Shown one piece after another: positions 51,801-64,000 of a stretch of DNA of 64,000 nucleotides. The position numbers and the translations under genes are program-made. The stretch spans positions 2,205,830-2,269,829 of the forward strand of contig CM082593.2 of NCBI GenBank assembly GCA_040954595.2, in the 5' to 3' direction. Positions within the stretch are counted from its first letter, which is position 1. Each line of letters opens with the position of its first letter. This stretch comes from Balanoglossus misakiensis. Taxonomy: Eukaryota; Animalia; Hemichordata. The notes beneath the pieces are model-generated. The model saw nothing but the letters and a program-made list of their open reading frames with translations, did no database searches and had not been told where the DNA came from.

Positions 51801-54800
51801 GTTCCTCATCTTTATGGTAATTCTAGCTTAGTTGTGTGTCTATTACAGGAATTGACACTTGTAGATTTTCGACCAGATGTTTGATTTCATAACAAAGGAT
51901 ATATGTGTCCATTTCGTAAACAATCCGTTTCACGTATTGACTGCTATACTACGTGAAACATTAATATATCACCATGATTACTTAGTATATTATGCGGTGT
52001 TCTCTATTTTCCTCTCATCTCTGTATGTGTTGGGTGTGGTGGTGAAAAATGCATTATATTGTCAACCAGGTCATACAATTCATTTTGAAATACGTAACAC
52101 ACCCAGAAAGGTTATTTTATTCAAATTGGACCCTTGTTTGTACTTGAGCTTGTGTAATACATTGATATGTTGACATTTACTTTATGAATATACATGTAAT
52201 TATAATAACAGTACAGGGTCACTTCTGATAACTGAATTAACTCTTTTTTTTTGTAAGATCAAATGGTGGTTTAAATATTGTATGTTTCTAGATATAGATC
52301 TGGTTGTGAGGTTCACATGGGTATTTCAGTCAGAATTAAAAAAAAAAATTTCAGATGACAACTCATCAAGCCTTTTACCTGTCTTTGAAAAATTTGATAA
52401 TGGGAATGCATGGCAACATCCTATCGTTAATTAGCATTAACTATTAATTTCTGAGTTCAGCAATTGTACTGAAAATATAGCTTGATAAATGTCCTGTTTT
52501 AGCATTGTTGTCATAGCTTAGAAATGATGCTTTCACAAAAACAGGATGTTCAGTTATTCGTAATGATTCTCACTGAAGTCACTCAGATTCATTTTCCTTC
52601 TGATCTGCTCTTCTCAGAGGGTCGCTACGAAAGAAGAAGAAGCAGGCAAGTTATGGGTCGTTGCCCAGGGTTACCAAGAAGAAGGATGAGACAACTACAA
52701 GTACAGATACGCTAGATGAGTTAAACCAACTGATGGGCAATGACAAACTAACACAGAGGTCAGTGTAGATTGTCAGTAACTCTGGATTAAAACTAATCTC
52801 CTAAGTTATAAAATAATTGGCTTTGAAATGTTGGATGTTACAGGATTTATGATAGAATGGTCTTGGCTACAATGAATTTCTTTTCCCCTCAAACAGACTA
52901 AAGCACCTTCAAGTTGCCACCAGAGGGCGAAGTCTCAGTAGCCCCAGCACTTTCCGACCACCACGGCAGATGTCCGCTCCAGCTGATGAAGGTGATGGTG
53001 TAGAGATAGACTACCACTCTTATCAGCATATGATGACAGAGATGACTGGAGTTAGAACCATGTTGCTGAGATTGAAAAGAGTGATACAAAATGTAAGAAT
53101 GTGTTTTTTTGTTTCATACTGGTTTAGAAAGATGTAGTGAATAATTCACCATTGTGTAACAGCAGATTTTGCAGAAATTGCCTTCTTTCTTAAATTCATT
53201 TTTTCATACATTATTTCCAGTCAGAAACCATATCACCATTTGATCCAGCTCTCAAGGTGAGATTGTGTTTATTTTTATTTTTAGGTGTTGAATACAGAAT
53301 TGCCGTAATACAGTTGGTAGTGTTTGTATATGTGCTAGAGCAAGAGAGAGAGAGATTCTTAAATATTCCTATTGAATGACAATTTTTCACTGATAATCTT
53401 TCAGTCAATGTCAAGTCCACTATGCACACCTTGTCACAGTGAACCAACAAGTCCAGTAGGACATTACAAGAAACTCCCACCGGGATACACCTTAGAAACG
53501 CTTTATCAAGAAAATCAAGAGTTACGATTGAAAGTTTTACATTTTGAGAGTAAAGAAGAAAAGTGGACGAAAAGGGTGGAAGAGAAGGAGAAAGAGATTG
53601 ATTTATTGAAACAACAACTTGTAAGTTAAAAATATCTTCATTCGTTATTCCTAACTGTATATTCTTACATTTGCAAGTAATTTTTCATGAACATAAATAA
53701 GTCACAATTTCTTTGTGAAATGTCAAAAAGTTGAACTCCCATCTGCAGTCTGTTAATTATATTTTTCTTTGACAGGAAACGTTATCTCAGCAAGTCAACA
53801 TTAAGGAAAGATGTGAGATGGCTGTGCAGACAGAACTTCTACAAGTAAGAATTTGATAAAGTTTTATAGACCATTTTACAAACATGTAGGACTACATGTT
53901 ATACCTGTATGTGTGGTCTGATGAAAGAAATTCGGTAGTTTCTGGAAGCAGCAAAAATGTGTGGGTTTTTTTAATTTCAGAATAATGATTCAAGAGTCAG
54001 GCGACACCAATCCCTCCCACCCCAGCAATCGCCGTCCAAAAAAGAGGCCCTGGCACAACAGAATACAAATGGTGTGATACAGCCATGTACGAACACTGTG
54101 ATAGAGCAGAGTGCATATACTGTGTCCAGACCCACGACAGAACCCTTGTCAAACGAGAGAACAAGTAGCCGGCTCATCCAACCCCAGGTGAAGCACAATA
54201 AATTTTCCCCCTCTATGACGTCGCTGCAGAGTGCCAAAGTGCAGTCGGCGAAATTCGGTGCTAAGACAAAGAGCAAGTCGAACATAGACACTGTGGCAGA
54301 CACCCTGACGCAAGGGGTCACAGACTCACAGACACAACCCAGGACAGATGTGGTACAAAACAGACTGGTGGGTTATACAGAAGAGACGTTAGTGCACGCA
54401 AATGGTGGCCGGAAATCCCCTGCAGAAGTATCAATGGTTGTACAGAGTAAAACACAGTCCAGCTCAGCACCTAGCAAATCCACATCAACACCGATCAAAT
54501 CCAGGTATGCAAAATCAGGGTTTCCTCATACACAATTCAACATAAATTTTGAATCTCATGCAGAAAACAGTTTATATTTGTCTCCAATGGGAAAATGTTC
54601 TTTGTGAAAATCAAAATTCGTTAAGTTCTTATCTTTGTTTAATAATTGTGTCTTTTTGTCATCTGTCCAATGTTGGCATTCAAAGCTCTTTCTCTGTTCT
54701 TTTCCAATTTGTAAATCCTGTTCCCTCCACAGACTTAGGCTTTGGAGAAGGTAAATTATTCCTCAATGTAGTTTGTTGCAATGAGATGAAAGGTCTGATT

Positions 54801-56280
54801 GGCTGTAGGGGCTTTTTAGTTGACTTGCATCCTTTGGTCAGCCAATGGGCTGCTTCCTTACATAATCGCTGGTACTGCTTTTTAAAGTTAATGGAGGCCT
54901 GCTTTCAATTACATGTCTTGAGCTGAAAAGCTATTGGAGCTTCCTGAGTAATTTGCGCTGATTCTTCCCCCCCCCCCCCCCTCCATCCACCGGTGAAAAA
55001 AAATGAAAATTATGCTGTCCTGGAAAAAAGATTTACATGTATGTATTTATCGAGCACCTACTACCGCATGTGATTGCAACAATGTTTTCCCATTCCACCA
55101 TTTGACCTGCATGTTACCGTGGTAATATTTTATTTTATCCACTTCTCTTATCGTTTGCCATGTGGTCCAGTTTGTTACAAATGTGTATGTTTCTATGGTG
55201 ACCATTTGTCTTGCTGTTCAATTCTTGCCCACCCGATATTGGAATGCCAGAAGTTTTCATTTAAAAACAATAAAATACTGATACTAAGGATCCATGTATT
55301 CTGAAATTTGTTTTGTGGATTATTTATCAAATTGCTCATTAAAACATTCGGAAATTGTTAGAGCAGGCCACTCTCATCGTTCATATAACGGTAGATATGC
55401 AAGTATTTCAGTGTCACACTACAGTTATGTGTACATTTTAGGCACCTGAATGTTTTATGTTGCCATAATTTCCAAATGTCAGTATATTTATTCTGTGTCG
55501 TCTGATCTCTTTCCCACCTATCTTCTTTTCACAGCAGCAAGCACAGCTCTGCTCATTCCCAAGCAAAAGAGGTATTTGTCCTATAAAGTGATAAAATTCA
55601 CATGAACCCTGCACAAGCTATACTGCCCCTACAAGGTCACACATCATGGTATTTTAAGGTCGCACATCCTGGAACATCCAGGTGTAAAACACACATGGTC
55701 CTTGCCAGATCCTACAGACGTTTCCTGTTTGAAAATGCCAGGATGTATGACCTTGTAGGGTCAGTTGAACCTGCAAAGTTAATCTAGCATGCATCGCACT
55801 CAAAATCTTTATAATTATCTCTGCATTTCCCTTGAAAGACTAACATCTTGTGTCATGAAAATCGCCTTCCATGTTTGACAGGGAAAGAGAAGAGTGCAGA
55901 TCAACCTACAGCCTATATGAAACGACGTGCACCTTACTAAGTGAGTAAATGAGAATTTCATATCAGAATGTCAACATTTAATGTGACTTCTCTCTTCTTG
56001 CCTTCAGTTGAATAACATGAAAGATTACCCGGCCAAGAAGAATACCACTAGAGTTCCACTCTTCCAGACAAAAAGAAATAAACAACCACAAGTCCTGGAA
56101 AGTCCTCTTAACAACGAGCTGTCGTCAACATTGACGCTGACAAACAACGAAGAACAGACACCAATGGAAGACTACCCACGACAGAATAATCCCACAAAAT
56201 CAAAAATACCTGTTGAAACGCAATCGTCGTCTGGGAAGAAAAAATCGCGGCTGCCCAAACCCAAATCGTACAACTACTGA
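48838..56280 (+). CDS. CCSER: Coiled-coil serine-rich protein, CCSER1/CCSER2 (FAM190)-like, about 1180 aa
   Basis: In-frame exons 48838-50894, 52618-52758, 52897-53092, 53221-53256, 53405-53620, 53776-53844, 53981-54504, 55535-55571, 56008-56280 (3549 nt), all GT-AG. Family-like segments recognised from memory: N-terminal SFMSRLP, acidic DSLASDDLMCD, SYQHMMTEMTGVRTMLLRLKRVIQ, a coiled coil ending EKEIDLLKQQL, AVQTE, and C-terminal SKIP / SRLPKPK. The start could instead be in an upstream exon 47608-47629 (MLGKIME) spliced to 48725. Confidence 0.8.
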
Positions 56281-57664
56281 ATGGAAATGGGTAGCAAAGA
56301 TTCTGTCTTTGCTGTTGGCTTTTGCGATTATTTTTATTTGATGTGAAAATGTTGTATGCTGTTTTGTATGTTGTGTGCTATATCGCTGGTCAACAGAATA
56401 CTCTCATTCGCCTTGCATGAATAATATGTATAGAATAAATTAAACCATAGACCCTGAAGAAATTGAATTTCCTCAGAAATAAATCATGTCATGTGATTCT
56501 TGATTCAAAAGTGATATGGCCGGCTCTGCAGAGTATCTTGAGAATTGTGCAATCTTTATTCATCAGTAGGACTTTTTTAGACTCAGGAAGAGACTGCTGG
56601 TTTTGTAAAAAATTTCGTGCTTTTGGTACGAACTTGAGCATTGTAAATTATTTTTAGCACAGTTTGCAACATTCTTTGTGTCAAGCAGTGTATTTAGTTC
56701 CAATCTGTTGTATTTTTCCTCGTCTTAATGTGTGTGACATTGTGTTATATTTACGATAAAGCAAGCTAAGTTTTTTTTTTTCCAAGTAAAATTAATACTA
56801 AATTTTTATGCAAAATATTAACTGGACTCTCTGTACTTCATGTTTATTTTATGTATAAATTTTTGCATCTTGCTTATATATAGAAATGGTGACAGCATGT
56901 GAAAAGGCTCAGATACTGAAAAGGCAATGTACATATTTCAATAGAAAGCATTTACGTATAAAATACAGAAAATATTGAGAATATAAAACTTCTATGGTAT
57001 GGTTGAGTGTAAAACTAGATGAGAAATTTTGAACTAAGGGTTGCTCTTCAATGGGTAAACTCAAAAAATAAAATTAAACATTTAACATATTGCAATGATT
57101 TTGAAAGTGGCGGTAATGTTAGACCAATCACAGGACAGATTATGGATGGGGTGTGTGTTACAACTGTATTCCTTGCAACCCCATGAATGCATGGAAACAT
57201 TTTACGCTCACTTTTTTAATTGCAAGATCAGATTTTTAGCATGATAGTTTTAAAGCTGCAGAGTCAAAACATGGTTCACTAATGTGCAACACTTCTGTCA
57301 GAGCGAAAATGATGTATATATTAGGGTAGCAAAAATGTTATTTTAATGGAAAAACAAATTTTTGTGGATCTGTCATTTGCAACTTGTCACACTGCCTTTG
57401 TTTCCATAGAAACATGATCTTGCCCAACAAGAGAATTTCTACACTGAAGATTGCTTATTGTACCTACTGTCAATGAAATGTAAAATAATTAAAATATGTT
57501 TAAAAGTGAGTTATTTGCATTGTTTGTTTTCTTTTACGTGTTTTTGTTCGCCTGTATGATATCCAAGTACCCGGATTGTGCATAAAACGAAAGTTTACAC
57601 CAGTTTCAGTCGATCAGTCGATAGAGGGCGCAAACAAGTGACGCCATTTTGTTTTCTTTACGTA

Positions 57665-58114
57665 ATGTCGTCTGCTGCTGGCGTCTGCTGTGCCACAGGT
57701 TGCAGGTTCGTGCAAGACGCCGGAAAGCAAGAACAACGGTGCGTTTTGTGTGTGACGCTCTTGGGTACCAAGGACAAGGACAAAGTGGAATTTGGTCAAG
57801 CAGAGACTGCGTTTTCCCAACTACACGGAAAAATCCCACTTCGTGGAAGCCGAGGTAAACCTACAGATGTTGCAACCTGGGCTACTTTGCATACTTGCAT
57901 GCAAATTGCCATCGTAAGAAGGTGCTATTCTGTAGTATGTTAATTCTCGTCTTTTGAAGTAGGATGTTGGACTACGCCTAGTCATGCTGTCTCAACATTA
58001 TTCGATAAACAAAAACGGCTATTGGAATGTCAGTCAAATACCTATGAGACACACAAACCAAGGCAAGACCTGGAGCTACTGAACTGCAGCAACCATGACT
58101 ACTGCAAACTTTAA
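57665..58114 (+). pseudogene. Frameshifted THAP zinc-finger relic (probably DNA-transposon derived), two exons
   Basis: THAP landmarks in the right order but different frames: CCATGC (57686-57703), P..KW (57768-57788), SHFVE (57834-57848), intron 57855-57962, GLRL then HAVSTLF, and NHDYC near 58091-58105. Confidence 0.55.
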
Positions 58115-58317
58115 AGATGGAGAGGGGAACGCACGTCGTCTCTTGTGTTGGGATTGTTGTTGTTTGCATGGTAAGTCCAGCTTTCAGTTCACATGATTTC
58201 TTAACCACAAACTCAGTACATGTACATTGACAAGTTGAAACTTGTGTGACAGTACTGATGAAGGTTTAGGCATATACAATGCCCACATATACTGTCTTTC
58301 TTGATGCCATGTACAAT

Positions 58318-58432
58318 GTCATCACAGGCCATAGACCTGCGTACAGGTCTGCATGCTCCCAGGGTGGAGGCCGCGTAACGCCGGTAGCACGCAGACGTAC
58401 CTGTACGCAGGGCTACACAGGCCTGTGATGAC
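58318..58432. mobile_element. 115-bp fold-back (MITE-like) element
   Basis: GTCATCACAGGCC/GGCCTGTGATGAC (13 bp perfect) enclosing CCTGCGTACAGGT/ACCTGTACGCAGG (13 bp perfect) and CTGCATGCT/AGCACGCAG. Confidence 0.65.
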
Positions 58433-59585
58433 CAGGCCTGGTTTTCAATAGCTGTGTTCACAGACCAGAAATAATTCTGATGGGATTCAGCTATAGAGTT
58501 GACCACTAGTTTCATGACCGCATGACACGCCGTTGATTTCAGGCAATTATGCAGTTCTGAAACTTTTATCTTTATGACGTCGTCTGTTGTAAAATATTGA
58601 GGTGCGCGTCTGGGTGCGCGTCACGTTGTCAAACCTAAATCAAAGTGCGCCCCCTTGAGTATAAATGCAAATTGCTTGTGTCTTTCGCTGATCACCGTGG
58701 CTTACGTGACCAGACAAGCAGCAGCTTTTATTTGCAGCTATAAACGCCCTCGTGGGTTGATTCGGTGCGTGCAAGGCCAATAATTTCTTTGGCTGGACCA
58801 CCAGAGTGTTTGACAGTTTTATAACCAGTCATTGAAAAGATAGATGGGGCTGACTCAAGCTACCTACTTTGGTCTGTTCTGTTATATAGCCACTGAAGTA
58901 TTAGCATATACTGATGATTTTATCAAATTCTTTGCTGTAAAATTGTGACCTGTATATCTGGAAAGGTGTGTGGTTGCTATAGTGACTGGTTTCTAAACCA
59001 TTTGCCATTGGCCACATGAAGTGGGGCACATGTCATCATACATGAACATTATTTCCAAATCGATGCTGAGGCACGTCAGTGACTGATGCGAAAGATCTAC
59101 ATCCTCAAAACTAGCTTTGCTGGCCACAGATGTCGTTTTGCAGCACTACTAAAAAGTGGATGATGTGCTTGGTAACACGTAGGCAGATCAATAAAAGCTA
59201 TAAATTCATTATGAAAGTAGGAAGATCAGAGAGCAGTATCCCACCGATAGGCTACCATTTACAATGTCACGCTCTGTAGTTTTAATGAGATAATTTTCTT
59301 GCAGTGACAGCTGCCGTAATTGTTGCCAGGGTTTTCACACCCCTTTTTATGTCTTCTGACTTTCGCAATATAAAATGGAATGTAGCTGGACGGTTCATAC
59401 AAAATGTGGGCCATATTTTACACTGGCATCTGATGAAGAATGGATAAAAGCAGCAAGTAGAATGTAGGGAAGAGTGGGTGTTAGGAACCAGCCCTTAAAT
59501 CATTGTGAATCCCCAACACTCGTTCATGCATAATAATGACACCATCACAACATCATCAATTCAATTTGAAGAATCACCTTAGTCG

Positions 59586-59591
59586 TTTATT
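59586..59591 (-). terminator. Candidate polyadenylation signal of HIF1AN
   Basis: AATAAA on the minus strand about 1.4 kb past the HIF1AN stop, at the end of a tract that is U-rich on the minus strand. Confidence 0.45.
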
Positions 59592-60971
59592 AAAACTATG
59601 CAGCAAATTAACTTTGCCAACAAAACGCTTTGGTACATGCAATGTCAAAACCTTTAAAAGATAAATTTATCATCTAAATTCCAGAACAAAACAATAAGAA
59701 CCTTCTGTTTTTGTAACATAAAATAATCAAAAACATCAAATTTTGGTATAACGGTATAATTCACTATAATACTTGATAAAACACAATAAATTAATTCTGT
59801 CACGTTGAGCTTTCAAGGGGCACCTGAAGTGAATTACTCAATGTTCTGTCAAATCATAAAAAATATATAATGCTATACCTGTATTTGTTCCAAAATACGT
59901 CACATGAGTTGTGATTGGTTATGAGATAAAACCACTTGTTAGAACACTCCCCTTGATTGTTTGCTTGTTTGAAAATAAATTATTTAACATCAGTGCATAT
60001 TTTGCATAGTAGAGACTGACACATGGAAGTATCTAACCTGTAGTCAGGCAAGCATCATGTGACCATCACATGATCACTAATAGTATCTGGCAATATTTTG
60101 CTACCATGTGAGCATCATGTGACTAAAATGTGATCTGAGTATTGCTTTAAAAAAGTAACAGCACCAAGCAAGCAGCACAAAATAAGAATCCATTTTAAAA
60201 ACCTGCAAATTGCTAAGGAGTATAGGTAGTCCTTTGCTTTCAGGAAGATTCAAAAATATACACAACAAAGCATACACCAAGATGTTCGTATCACAAATAT
60301 TTTCTTAAAAACATCACATGCAAAAAGGAACACATACATGAGAGGAAAGATTGAAACAAAATCACAGAAACACAAACAGGAATGGAAAAAAAATGAGTTT
60401 CGCCATGAATAGTAAAAAACCACATGAACATCATACTTGTTAAATCTTTCACGTACACTGGAGCTGACACTTGCTATCAAAATTTAGGAGTGCGTCAAAT
60501 TTTAGTGGACTTCACTGATTATAATATACGCCCTTCATTAGTTCCTGTCTGTTTAGATTTGAGCACACAATATTTCAAATTGATGCTCCTTTATATCTTG
60601 CTGGAATTACACTAGCAAAAATGTTCACACATTGCACATAAAATCAGAATTCATTGGTACAAAAACCTTTCTTCTCAGTGTAGAAGTAGGCTTTATCCAA
60701 ATCACTGAGTGCGTAACCATGGTCACACGGTGACTGTAGTTTCTCTGTTGAACATTTCATACGCAGTTTCTACTAGAACCAACAATTTAGTACTGACTTC
60801 ACCCTTCTCCAAAACTGAGCCAGCTCCATCGCAAACAGATGGCTGAGTTAGGTGTGGAAATGGACACTTAAAATGAGGGGTGGGGTGGGAGGGTGTGCTT
60901 GAGTTCAAAAGTAACAGCCCTTGGCTGTTCAGAGTTCAGTATGGTTGTTCCCCACAATGCACTGCAGCATG

Positions 60972-63884
<2,913 letters not shown>

Positions 63885-64000
63885 CTGTAACAATCAAGCA
63901 AAATAGGGATGTAAGATGGCCTCACAGATACTTTTCCATATACTGAGTAGATGATGGAGCTTGGCCAAAACCAAAAATGAATAATATGCCCAAACCTCTC

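Noticed and set aside
58117-58560. Spliced hydrophobic micropeptide MERGTHVVSCVGIVVVCMAIMQF
   Set aside because: Needs an assumed acceptor at 58542 and lies downstream of the THAP relic's ORF; no independent support.

Overview
This is an intron-rich animal (eukaryotic) genomic window, not a prokaryotic one. Gene structure and the CpG pattern suggest a marine invertebrate, plausibly a non-vertebrate deuterostome; this is inference and the species cannot be fixed from sequence alone. Four protein-coding genes can be reconstructed by hand. (1) An atonal-superfamily bHLH gene with a single coding exon (13581-14171, minus). (2) A complete PTEN (11 coding exons, 28087-38387, plus, 402 aa) with a U12-type first intron, a GC-AG intron and a probable alternative last exon (43567-43616) that adds a PDZ-binding -TYL tail. 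(3) A CCSER1/2-like coiled-coil serine-rich gene (about 48838-56280, plus, about 1180 aa). (4) The last seven exons of HIF1AN/FIH-1 (60972-63884, minus; first exon outside the window). Non-coding parts hold microsatellites, several hairpin/MITE-like elements, a decayed THAP-domain relic (57665-58114) and motif clusters that may be enhancers or promoters. I found no rRNA, intact tRNA, CRISPR array or autonomous transposon, and no evidence for a wholly new multi-gene system. The best leads are alternative-splicing switches of interaction motifs in PTEN and CCSER, the hard-to-classify bHLH, and the compact linkage of genes whose human homologues lie on 10q/4q.
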